Origin: Planctomycetota bacterium
Lineage (GTDB): Bacteria > Planctomycetota > Phycisphaerae > Phycisphaerales > SM1A02
Direction of reading: 5' to 3'
Assembly: GCA_027618565.1 (NCBI GenBank)
Contig: JAQCEQ010000008.1
Location: 688-64,687 of the forward strand
Length of the DNA: 64,000 bases
The notes under the pieces are model-generated. The model saw only the letters and a list, made by a program, of their open reading frames with translations, had not been told where the DNA came from and ran no database searches. This document shows, piece by piece, positions 42,653 through 51,788 of the stretch. Position 1 is the stretch's first letter; the number at the start of each line of letters is the position of its first letter. Both the position numbers and the translations under genes were made by a program.

Positions 42653-43834
42653 CTAGATCACGACCCGCTTGCGTGCCCGGATCTGCTCGTTGCCAAGTTG
42701 CCCGCACGCCGCCATCGCGCTGCGACCCTTGGTGCCCCGGCGCTTGGTGAACTGGCCGTGGTCGATGCACTGGCGGACGAACCCAGTGACTTCATCCTCC
42801 GTCGGCGCACGCCAGGGCGAGTCGCGGCGCGGGTTGTAGGGAATGATGTTGAGGCTGCACCGGATCCCCTTGAGGAAGGCGCAGGCTTCGCGGGCGTGCT
42901 CGGGGCGGTCGTTCACCTCAGGGATCAGGACATATTCCACGCACAGCGCGCTGGTGGGGCGCATCGGGAACGCGACCATCGCCTCTCGCAGCTGGGCCAT
43001 GGGCTCAGCGCGGTTGATTGGCATGATCGAGGACCGGATCTCGTCGTTGGGGGCGTTGAGGCTCACAGCGAGCGTGACACGCCGGAAGCCAGGCTGCTGA
43101 ATGAACTCGCCCAGGCGGCGGATGCCATCGGTGCGCCCGACAGTGCTCACGCACACCATGCTGGAACCGACGCCGCAGCCGTTGGAGTCGCACAGGACGC
43201 GGATCGCCTGGAGCACCGTGTCCAGGTTGTCCATCGGTTCGCCCATTCCCATGAACACGATGTTCTTGACGGGGAAGCCGCGTCGGGTGCCCGAGGACCC
43301 GCCGGCCGCTGTCGCGCGGTGCGTCGCGGGTTCGTGTTCGAATGGGTTCGCCACGGTATGCCGAGCGATCCAGAACTGCTGCACGATCTCGCGTACGGTG
43401 AGGTGGCGAAGGAGCCCCATCTGCGCGGTCTCGCAGAAGCGACAGCCCATCGCGCATCCCACCTGGCTGGAGACGCAGAGGGTCCGCGTGCGGCCTCGCG
43501 CGGTGTGGTCCATCGGGATGAGGACGCTTTCGGTCTCATAGTTGCCGTCCACCGGCAGGAGGAACTTGAGCGTGGCGTCGTCTTGCTGGACTCGGGCGAT
43601 AGCGACCAGCGGCGGTGCCATCCAGCCTGTGAACACTCCGCTGCGATGCGCCGTGCGGTAAGCGTCCAGCGCGTTGGAGTTGTGCTTGACACCGACCGCG
43701 TGCGCGGCCTGGATGAACTCGGCCGCCGTGAGACTGAGGGGGTCGGGGCGCGAGTCCGCGCCGGGCGCCCTCGGCTCGGTCGGCGCGATCAGTGGGAGAG
43801 CTCCCGTTCCAAGTTGGACCAGTGGTGAGAACAT
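42653..43834 (-). CDS. rlmN: 23S rRNA/tRNA A-C2 methyltransferase RlmN (radical SAM)
   Basis: CVSSQVGCAMGCRFCETA (CxxxCxxC), IVFMGMGEPMDN, NIIPYNP. ATG at 43834 was chosen within the longer track ORF. Confidence 0.9.
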   Translation of the reverse strand: MFSPLVQLGTGALPLIAPTEPRAPGADSRPDPLSLTAAEFIQAAHAVGVKHNSNALDAYRTAHRSGVFTGWMAPPLVAIARVQQDDATLKFLLPVDGNYETESVLIPMDHTARGRTRTLCVSSQVGCAMGCRFCETAQMGLLRHLTVREIVQQFWIARHTVANPFEHEPATHRATAAGGSSGTRRGFPVKNIVFMGMGEPMDNLDTVLQAIRVLCDSNGCGVGSSMVCVSTVGRTDGIRRLGEFIQQPGFRRVTLAVSLNAPNDEIRSSIMPINRAEPMAQLREAMVAFPMRPTSALCVEYVLIPEVNDRPEHAREACAFLKGIRCSLNIIPYNPRRDSPWRAPTEDEVTGFVRQCIDHGQFTKRRGTKGRSAMAACGQLGNEQIRARKRVVI

Positions 43835-43900
43835 GAGTGAGGACACCAGCGAATCGGACAGTCTAGGTTGCCGGGGTCGATCTCCTATCATTGGATTCCC

Positions 43901-44299
43901 ATGCACATGCGCCATGACCACACGGACCACGGACCTGCCACGGTACCGGTCGAGTTCCATCTTGAGGACCCCAAGGCGCTCACGGGAAAGTCCGACAAGG
44001 TTGTTCGTGTGATGGCGGCGAAGGGCGAGCACCTCCTGGAGGTGGCCCTGGACCACGGCATCAACATCGAGCACGCGTGCGGCGGCGTATGCGCGTGCAG
44101 CACCTGCCACATCTACATCGAGAAGGGGATGGGCTCAGTGACGGAGTCCACGGAGGCGGAGGACGACCGCGTGGAGGAAGCGCCCGGAATCCAGCGCAAC
44201 TCGCGACTCGCCTGCCAGTGCGAAGTAATGGGGGACGGCCCGATCCAGCTGCGAGTGCCCGCCTGGAACCGCAACGCAGTCAAGGAAGTGCCGCACTGA
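43901..44299 (+). CDS. fdx: 2Fe-2S ferredoxin, adrenodoxin type
   Basis: CGGVCACSTCH ... LACQ cysteine pattern. ATG at 43901 (track start 43868 is TTG). Confidence 0.85.
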   Translation: MHMRHDHTDHGPATVPVEFHLEDPKALTGKSDKVVRVMAAKGEHLLEVALDHGINIEHACGGVCACSTCHIYIEKGMGSVTESTEAEDDRVEEAPGIQRNSRLACQCEVMGDGPIQLRVPAWNRNAVKEVPH

Positions 44300-44434
44300 T
44301 CATTCGCAGCTGACCGATCCGTTCAAGGGGGAGCCGGGCGAGTTGCGCCCAGTGGCATTGGCTGGAGAGGCATGCACGAAGATGTCAAGGTCACCCGGCG
44401 CATCGGCCCCGCATCCCTCCGCTAGCCTCCGTCC

Positions 44435-45457
44435 ATGCCGCGCTACTACGCCGCCGCGATCCAGACGGCGATGGAGTGTCCAGCCAGCCGGGACGAGATT
44501 CCCGCGCGGATTGCGCGCATGCTGGCGATGGCGGATGGCGCTCGCGTCGGCTACGAACCCTTTCACGACATCCGGCTCTTTGCGTTCCCTGAGTTCGCCC
44601 ACACGGTGCCGATCAAGCTGACCGTCGAGGAACTCTTGGAGTGCTACGCCGTCGAAGTGGGGGACATCGCGCCGGCCTATGAAGTGTTCTGCCGTCGGCG
44701 CGGGTGCTTTGTGCAGACGGGGACATTCCTCGAGCGCGATCCCAGGTGGCCTGGCCATGTCTTCAACACCACGCTCCTGGTCGGTCCGTCGGGTGTCCTC
44801 TCGCGCTACCGCAAGGTGAACCCGTGGATTCCATGGGAAGTGAACACCAGCCCGCATGATTTGCTCCTCCAGGGTTACTCGGAACCACTCTTCCCCGTCG
44901 TGGAGACGGAGATCGGCCGCCTGGGCTGCGCCATCTGCTACGACTGGCTCTTTCCGGAGCCACTGCGCGAGATGGCATTCGCTGGTGCGGAAGTCCTCAT
45001 TCGCGTGAGCGCCTACATGGACCCGTGGGGTGCCACCGCGCCGATGGACTGGTGGACACTCATGAATCGCGCTCGCGCGGTGGAGAACACGGCCTTTGTG
45101 CTGGCCGCCAACCAAGGCGCGAAACTGGCCCAGTACCCGCCGTTCTCGTGGCCGGGCGCCAGCATGGTGGTGGACTTCGACGGTCGGATCCTGGCGCAGG
45201 CGGATGCTGGCGAGGGCGAGCGAGTCGTCGTGGCACCCATCGATATCGACGCCCTTCGCGCCGAACGCGCGCGCCGGCGCGGACACGACATGCGTGGACA
45301 CCATCGATCCACGGCCTACCAGTACGGCACGCACGGGTACATCCGGCCTGCCGGTGTGGCGCCCACGATGGCCTCCAACGACGAACGAATCGCCGCGGCC
45401 AAGGCGAGGCTGGGTCGGAGCGTTGGTGACACAGGGTTCGCGGGAGGTGCTGCGTGA
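44435..45457 (+). CDS. Carbon-nitrogen hydrolase (nitrilase/amidase superfamily)
   Basis: FPEF (Glu), YRKVNPW (Lys) and LGCAICYDWLFPE (Cys), the CN-hydrolase catalytic triad context. Confidence 0.85.
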   Translation: MPRYYAAAIQTAMECPASRDEIPARIARMLAMADGARVGYEPFHDIRLFAFPEFAHTVPIKLTVEELLECYAVEVGDIAPAYEVFCRRRGCFVQTGTFLERDPRWPGHVFNTTLLVGPSGVLSRYRKVNPWIPWEVNTSPHDLLLQGYSEPLFPVVETEIGRLGCAICYDWLFPEPLREMAFAGAEVLIRVSAYMDPWGATAPMDWWTLMNRARAVENTAFVLAANQGAKLAQYPPFSWPGASMVVDFDGRILAQADAGEGERVVVAPIDIDALRAERARRRGHDMRGHHRSTAYQYGTHGYIRPAGVAPTMASNDERIAAAKARLGRSVGDTGFAGGAA

Positions 45458-48400
45458 CACGCGCCGCCGTCGATCGAGCCGCACTCCTCACGGTGGTGAG
45501 TGCGCTAGTGCTTGGACTGGCGCTGGTGTGGACGGTCACGCGACCGCCAGTCGCAGTGTCGGAGCGAACCGACGAGTTGAACGCCGCGCTGGACCGGGGC
45601 GTGGGGCTCATGGGGCAGTTCGACTTTGTTGGTGCAGCCAAGGCGTTCGCGGAGGGGCAGGTGCTGGCGCCTGACGATCGCCTCGCCACGCTCAACCTGG
45701 CCATCGCCATGCTCAATGGATCTGACGATGACAGCCAGGCGCGCGCGCGCGCGATGCTGGTCTTGTTGGCGGGGGGCGAGGCCGCTCCCGGCACCGACGC
45801 CAACGATGCTGCCGGGTCCGACGGCGACATCGCCATTCGCGCCGCGTATTGCATCGGACTCATCGACCTCTTCCTCGGCGAACCTGAGTCCGCCCGAGCG
45901 ACGCTGCAGCGAGTGGCGGGTCAGCGCCCCGACGACGCGTTCGCCTCGTTCTATCTGGGGCAGTCCTTCGAGATGTTGGGCGACATGGAGCAGGCGCTGC
46001 CGCACTATGCGCGCGCCGTCGAACTGGATCCGCTCCTGCGAAGTGGCGTGCTGGGGCTGTCGCGTTGCTTCATGCGAGGGGGGAACATGGAGGAAGGTGA
46101 GCGAATGCTCGCGCGGTTCGAGGAGCTTGCCGCCGACCCTCGCGCCCACCTGGCCGAGTTCAAGTACACGCGCATGGGTCCGCTCGCGATGGCGCTGCTG
46201 GCCCGCGAGGCCATCATGGTCGTCAAGCCGGCAGGGGATCCTTTCTTGCCACCAGTCCCACTGTCGGACGAGAGCGGAGTCGTCGACGGGACATTGTTCT
46301 CCCAGACGCTGGCCATCGATCTCAACGGAGACCAGTGGACGGACCTTCTGGTGATTCCGCGGCCTGTCAGCCCCACGGGCGACCCACCTCGCCCAGCCCG
46401 CGTGTTGCTTGGGTCAAGCACGGGGCTGAGCGTTGCGAGCACGGACAACACGGCGGTGAGCGGTCTCTCAGAACTCAGTGGTGTAGCCGCTGCGGGCGAC
46501 CTGGACGGCGATGGCACAACCGAGATACTCACCCTCTCCACGGGGATCTCTCAGATTGCTCGACAAGCCAGCGACCGATCCTGGAGCGTTGACGGGTTTG
46601 GCGGTGGTGTCGTCGTGCCGGAAGCGGATGTATTGGATCTCAAGTTCGCGGACCTGGACGCCGACGCGGACCTTGATGCCGTGGTCGCCACCGACGCGGA
46701 GTGGTCCATCTGGATCAACACGGGGAATGCCACCTTCCAGCCGCTTGAGGAGGCAAGGGGTGCCGAGCCCGCCTCGCCGGGATCGTTTGCTCCACGCGAT
46801 CTTCGGACGCGCGGGCGAGGGCGCGCGGAGTCCACCACGCTGGCTGATATCGACCAGGATGGCGACATCGACCTCATCCTCAATGCAGCGGCTGGTCCGA
46901 GCGAACTTTGGCTCAATGAAGGGCTCTGGTCGTGGCGACGAGACGATTCGTGGAAGCATGGTCAAGTCGCGACGACATTCGTCCATCCCGACTCAGGCGC
47001 AACCTGTGTGGTGGTGCAGCACGGGCGACAACGGCATGGACACTGCAAGGTGTACGAACTTGCCGGAACGCCAGGCTGGCGAGCGGGTGGGGAACCGGAC
47101 CGCCTGCTGCTGGACGCGCGGGGGCACACCCTGGATACCGCCGTGATCGATGTCGCGGGCACGGGGCGTCCTTCCATCATCTCCACGCAGATGGAGCGGG
47201 AGATCGTCACGCGAGTGTGGTCCCTGGAGGGCGCACTGCTCCAGGAGTTCGAGGGCTTCTCGCTCCTCAATGTGCTGGTGGATCGGGATGATCGCGGCCC
47301 GACGCTGCTTGGCGCACTCCACAAGGATCAGGGTGGCGCAACCATTCCCAATGCGCTCGCCCTCTGCGCTCCCGGTCCCGGCCGGCTGCCGTTCGCGTCC
47401 TTCACGCTCAGCGGTCGCGTGGATCCATCGCAGAGCATGCGATCCAATGCGTCCGGCGTCGGCACCTCCTACGCGATTCGCAACGGAGCGGCCTGGGCCC
47501 AGGGGAGCGTGTTGCCGCACAGCAGTGCCGGTGCGCAGGGCGTGCAGCCGGAGGCGGTCGGGCTTGCGGGTCGCCCCGCGGCCGACTTCATGCGCCTGGA
47601 GTGGCCCGACGCGCTCTTGCAGACGGAACTTGACCTCAAGCCCGGCCACTCCATGATCGTTGAGATGCAGCGGCAAGTGTCCTCGTGCCCCGTGATCTTT
47701 GGATGGGACGGTGACGAGTTTCAGTTCGTGACGGATTGCCTTGGTGTTGGTGGCATCGGGTACCTGGCCAGCGTGGAGCGCACGGCGCAGGGGCTTGTGC
47801 CCCAGTACGCGGTGCCCACCCCGCGCGAGAGCGTGCTGCTGCCTGCGGCGGCGGTGGTGCCTCGCGACGGCGTGATCGAGCTGCGCCTTGGCGAGCCGAT
47901 GGAGGAGTCGTGCTACCTGGATGCCGCACGACTGGTGGCGTACGACCTTCCCAGCGGCTGGGACATGACGGTGGATGAGCGACTGGCGATCCTCGGACCG
48001 CCCGCCACGGGGAAGCCCATCTTCTGGAGGGACGAGTCCATCGCGCGCGTGGTGTCCGCCTCGGTGGCAGGGTGCGGAGATGCGACGACCGCTCTTGCGC
48101 AGGCCGACGGCACCGCTGCGGTGGGACCGGTTGAGCATCCCCGTCACATTGGATTGCTCTCGTCGCCGCTGGTGCTGACTCTTGTGTTTGATCGCCCCAT
48201 CCACCAACTGACCGGCGATCCCGTGCTGCTCATGGAGGGTTGGGTGGAGTACCCGTACTGCCAGACCAACTTTGCGATGTGGCAGGAGGGGATCTCGCCC
48301 AAGGCGCCCACCTTTGATGCGCTGGACCCGGCCACTGGAGACTGGGTCACGCTCCAGGAACAGTACGGATACCCCGCCGGCATGCCTCGCCTTGCGGCGT

Positions 48401-48966
48401 TCCCGCTTGACCGGGAGAAACTGCCCATGGGCTGCACGACGCTCCGCCTGACCACCACCGTCGAGCTTTACATCGATCGCATTCGCTGTGTCGGAGCCGA
48501 GCTGTGCACGAACGCTCGGGTCCAAGAGTGCCCGTTCCTCGGGGCGAGCGCCGCCGAGTGCGGGTTCCCGTTGCGCTCGACGCTCCCCCAGAAGCGCCCG
48601 CACTACGACTACTCACGCCGCGCGCCATTGTGGGACACACGCACGCAGGTCGGGTTCCTCACGGCGTTCGGTAACTGTGCGCCACTCCTCGTCGATGTCG
48701 ATGACGCCTGCGCGATGTTCGGTCCCGGCGAAGAGATCCGCCTGCGGTTCACGCCACCTGCCGAACCGATCCCCGGGTCTGAGACGACGAGGCATTGGAT
48801 CCTTCAACTGAACGGCTGGTGCAAGGACATGGATCGCTACACAGGCAGTGGTGCGACGATCGACCCGCTCCCGACTCGCGATGGCTCTGCCCCCAGCGAG
48901 ACGGCGCGCTCCCTGCACGATCGCTTCAACACTCGCCGTACGGGGAACGGCTCTGCGAGCAACTGA
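45454..48966 (+). CDS. Membrane-anchored TPR + FG-GAP/VCBS + ASPIC/UnbV protein with large C-terminal domain
   Basis: N-terminal TM helix and TPR-like helices, FG-GAP calcium loops (IDLNGDQWTDLLV, GDLDGDGTTEIL, ADLDADADLDAVV, ADIDQDGDIDLIL), a UnbV-like segment (NASGVGTSYAIRNG...RLEWPDA), then ~500 aa (SCPVIFGWDGDEFQFVTDCLG...). GTGA overlap with the nitrilase gene. Confidence 0.8.
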   Translation: MTRAAVDRAALLTVVSALVLGLALVWTVTRPPVAVSERTDELNAALDRGVGLMGQFDFVGAAKAFAEGQVLAPDDRLATLNLAIAMLNGSDDDSQARARAMLVLLAGGEAAPGTDANDAAGSDGDIAIRAAYCIGLIDLFLGEPESARATLQRVAGQRPDDAFASFYLGQSFEMLGDMEQALPHYARAVELDPLLRSGVLGLSRCFMRGGNMEEGERMLARFEELAADPRAHLAEFKYTRMGPLAMALLAREAIMVVKPAGDPFLPPVPLSDESGVVDGTLFSQTLAIDLNGDQWTDLLVIPRPVSPTGDPPRPARVLLGSSTGLSVASTDNTAVSGLSELSGVAAAGDLDGDGTTEILTLSTGISQIARQASDRSWSVDGFGGGVVVPEADVLDLKFADLDADADLDAVVATDAEWSIWINTGNATFQPLEEARGAEPASPGSFAPRDLRTRGRGRAESTTLADIDQDGDIDLILNAAAGPSELWLNEGLWSWRRDDSWKHGQVATTFVHPDSGATCVVVQHGRQRHGHCKVYELAGTPGWRAGGEPDRLLLDARGHTLDTAVIDVAGTGRPSIISTQMEREIVTRVWSLEGALLQEFEGFSLLNVLVDRDDRGPTLLGALHKDQGGATIPNALALCAPGPGRLPFASFTLSGRVDPSQSMRSNASGVGTSYAIRNGAAWAQGSVLPHSSAGAQGVQPEAVGLAGRPAADFMRLEWPDALLQTELDLKPGHSMIVEMQRQVSSCPVIFGWDGDEFQFVTDCLGVGGIGYLASVERTAQGLVPQYAVPTPRESVLLPAAAVVPRDGVIELRLGEPMEESCYLDAARLVAYDLPSGWDMTVDERLAILGPPATGKPIFWRDESIARVVSASVAGCGDATTALAQADGTAAVGPVEHPRHIGLLSSPLVLTLVFDRPIHQLTGDPVLLMEGWVEYPYCQTNFAMWQEGISPKAPTFDALDPATGDWVTLQEQYGYPAGMPRLAAFPLDREKLPMGCTTLRLTTTVELYIDRIRCVGAELCTNARVQECPFLGASAAECGFPLRSTLPQKRPHYDYSRRAPLWDTRTQVGFLTAFGNCAPLLVDVDDACAMFGPGEEIRLRFTPPAEPIPGSETTRHWILQLNGWCKDMDRYTGSGATIDPLPTRDGSAPSETARSLHDRFNTRRTGNGSASN

Positions 48967-48992
48967 GTCTCAACCGCCGATAGGATGCAACC

Positions 48993-51788
48993 ATGGAAGT
49001 CGTCACCCCGCGCCTGAAGAAGACGTACTTCGTGATTGCGGGGCTCTTCGCGCTACTCCTCGTCAATTCGCTGTATCTGGTGGGGACCACGCTGACGGAA
49101 AAGGTGCTCCAGAAAAACGTGGAGGATGGCCTCTACCTCTGGATGTTCTTGGCACACCTGATCCTCGGGTTGATCATCACGATCCCGGTGATCGGCTTTG
49201 GCATTCTCCACATGCGCATGGCATGGCAGCACCCCAACCGGCGCGCCCGAAACCTGGGGCTGGCACTCTTCTCCACGTCGATCATCCTGCTTCTCACAGG
49301 CATCGTCCTCACGCGTGTGGACATCGGTCCCGTGCGATTCGGCGTGACCGATCCCTCATGGCGGATCGCCAACTACGCACTGCATGTCATCACGCCCGTC
49401 ATGGTGATCGTGCTCTTCATCCTCCACCGCAAGGAAGCGGGGCGGATCTACTGGAAGGACGGACTCAAGTGGGGCGGCGCGGCCGTCGCGGCATTCATCG
49501 TGGTCGGACTCTGGCACGGCACGGTCATGGCCAGCAAGGGGCGCCCGCCGATTGGTGGCGAGCAGTACTTTCAGCCCAGCCTGGTTCGCACCAGCACCGG
49601 CAACCTTGCGGACCTCGACGACTTCACCTTTGACACCGAGTGCATCGCCTGCCATGAAGACTCGGTGAAGACCCACGAGCAGAGCGTCCACAACTTCAGC
49701 TCATTCAATAACCCGTTCTACGCCTTTTCGGTCCGAAACACACGCAAGGCGATGTACGAACGTGACGGCAATGTGCACGCCAGCCGCTTCTGCGCGGGTT
49801 GCCACGATCCGGTGCCATTCCTGACCGGCGCCTTTGAATTGGAGAAGTGGGACGATCCCTCCTACGACGTGGCCTCCGACCCGCTGGGCAAGGCTTCGCT
49901 CACCTGCACGGCCTGCCACGGCATCGTGGGCCTTGACGGAGTGCAGGGCAACGGTGGCTATGTCTTCGAGGCGCCCAAGCCGTACCCATTCCAGAGTTCC
50001 GGCAACCCATTCCTCACGTGGGTGAACCACTCGCTCATCAAGGCACGGCCCTCCTTCCACAAGCGGTCGTTCCTCAAGCCTGAGATCCACCGGAGTGCCG
50101 AGTTCTGCGCCTCGTGCCACAAGGTCTTCATCCCCGAGGAGCTCACGCACTACAAGTGGGCTCGCGGCCAGGACCACTATGACTCGTGGCGGACCAGCGG
50201 CGTCTCGGGCAACGGCATCGAGTCCTGGTACTACCCGCCGAAGGCCGACCTCAACTGCAATGGCTGCCACATGCAGTCGATCGCCAGCGCCGACCTTGGT
50301 GCCGAGCGCATGGACGATTCTGGCCAACTGAAAATTCCGTCGCATGCGTTCCCCTCGGGGAACCCCGCGATCGCGGCGTACCTGGACCTCCCCTGCAAGG
50401 ACGAGGTGTTGGCCAACACCATTGAGTTCAACAAGGGCGTCTTCCGCGCCGACATCATTGCGCTGCGAGAGGGCGCCAGTGTGGGGGCCGAAGCCATCGC
50501 GCCGCTCCGCCCTGAAGTCCCAGCGCTCAAGCGCGGGCAGGAGTACCTCATCGATGTGCTCATGCGTACCGTGAAGATGGGCCACATGTTCACGCAGGGG
50601 ACTTCCGATAGCAACGAGACCTGGATCGAGGTGGAACTCACTTCGGGAGACCGACGAATCGGCTTGAGCGGCGGCATGGACGATGTGGGGGCGGTGGACC
50701 CCTGGTCCAAATTCCTCAATGCGTACATCGTGGACCGTGACGGCAATCACATCGTCCTTCGCAATGTGCAGGACATCTTCACCGCTCTCTACAACCACCA
50801 GATCCCGCCTGGTGCGGCGGACCTGACGCACTACAAGTTCGTGGTTCCCGAGGATGCCGGCCCCACCGTGACGGTGACGGCGACGATGAAGTACCGCAAG
50901 TTCACCCATGTCTATACGGAGGCCGTGGCCGGCAAGCCCATCGTGATGGACTTGCCAATCCTTGTCCTGGCCACCGACAGCGTCACCTTCCCCGTCGCCC
51001 CCCGTGACGGCAACGACCCGATCGCCAAGATGGCTGTGCAGGAATCCGCCATCCCACTCTGGCAGCGGTGGTACGACTACGGGATCGGCGCGATGCGGCA
51101 CGAGGCGGGGATGACCAAGGGAAACCTGCGGCTGGCACAGCAGTGCTTCACCAAGGTGGAAGAACTGCAAGGTGGCATCGGCGCGGCAGCGCGCGGGCGT
51201 GCGTTCCTCGTGGAGGGGCGCATCGACGATGCTGCCGAAGCGTTTGCACGCGCAGGAGAGGGTGCCATGCCCGCCTTCCCCTGGATGCACGAGTATTGGG
51301 TGGCGCGGATCAACCGCGAGCGCGGTGCGCTGCAAGAGGCCGCGAAGGGATTTGAGACCGTGCTGGCCACGCCGTGGCCCATGGCGAAGGAGCGGCAGTT
51401 TGACTTCTCCCGCGATGAGCGCGTCTGGCTGGCGCTTGCAGAAGTTCGGTTCGAGCTTGCGCGCCAGGCGGAGCCGACCGACTCAACGGCGTCCACTGTG
51501 CTGCTTGCCACCGCACAAGACGCGGTGTCCGAGGCCCTCGTGCTTGACCCGGAGAACATTCGAGGGTGGTATCTGCGGATGCAATTGGCTGTTGCCCAAG
51601 GCGACACGGCGCTGGAGGGCAAGGCGCAGTCGCAATACCTCCGCTACAAGCCCGATGACAACGCCGCGGATCGTGCGCTCCGCCTGGCCCGCGAGCAGGA
51701 TGCCGCCGCCAACGCGGCCGCCGAGGCGATCGTCATTTATGACCTCCAGCGCGAAAGCGCTTTCAACAGGGTCAGCACGAATGAGTGA
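48993..51788 (+). CDS. Membrane-anchored penta-heme c-type cytochrome with C-terminal TPR-like region
   Basis: ~5 N-terminal TM helices, five CxxCH motifs (CIACH, CAGCH, CTACH, CASCH, CNGCH), and C-terminal helical repeats. Confidence 0.85.
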   Translation: MEVVTPRLKKTYFVIAGLFALLLVNSLYLVGTTLTEKVLQKNVEDGLYLWMFLAHLILGLIITIPVIGFGILHMRMAWQHPNRRARNLGLALFSTSIILLLTGIVLTRVDIGPVRFGVTDPSWRIANYALHVITPVMVIVLFILHRKEAGRIYWKDGLKWGGAAVAAFIVVGLWHGTVMASKGRPPIGGEQYFQPSLVRTSTGNLADLDDFTFDTECIACHEDSVKTHEQSVHNFSSFNNPFYAFSVRNTRKAMYERDGNVHASRFCAGCHDPVPFLTGAFELEKWDDPSYDVASDPLGKASLTCTACHGIVGLDGVQGNGGYVFEAPKPYPFQSSGNPFLTWVNHSLIKARPSFHKRSFLKPEIHRSAEFCASCHKVFIPEELTHYKWARGQDHYDSWRTSGVSGNGIESWYYPPKADLNCNGCHMQSIASADLGAERMDDSGQLKIPSHAFPSGNPAIAAYLDLPCKDEVLANTIEFNKGVFRADIIALREGASVGAEAIAPLRPEVPALKRGQEYLIDVLMRTVKMGHMFTQGTSDSNETWIEVELTSGDRRIGLSGGMDDVGAVDPWSKFLNAYIVDRDGNHIVLRNVQDIFTALYNHQIPPGAADLTHYKFVVPEDAGPTVTVTATMKYRKFTHVYTEAVAGKPIVMDLPILVLATDSVTFPVAPRDGNDPIAKMAVQESAIPLWQRWYDYGIGAMRHEAGMTKGNLRLAQQCFTKVEELQGGIGAAARGRAFLVEGRIDDAAEAFARAGEGAMPAFPWMHEYWVARINRERGALQEAAKGFETVLATPWPMAKERQFDFSRDERVWLALAEVRFELARQAEPTDSTASTVLLATAQDAVSEALVLDPENIRGWYLRMQLAVAQGDTALEGKAQSQYLRYKPDDNAADRALRLAREQDAAANAAAEAIVIYDLQRESAFNRVSTNE

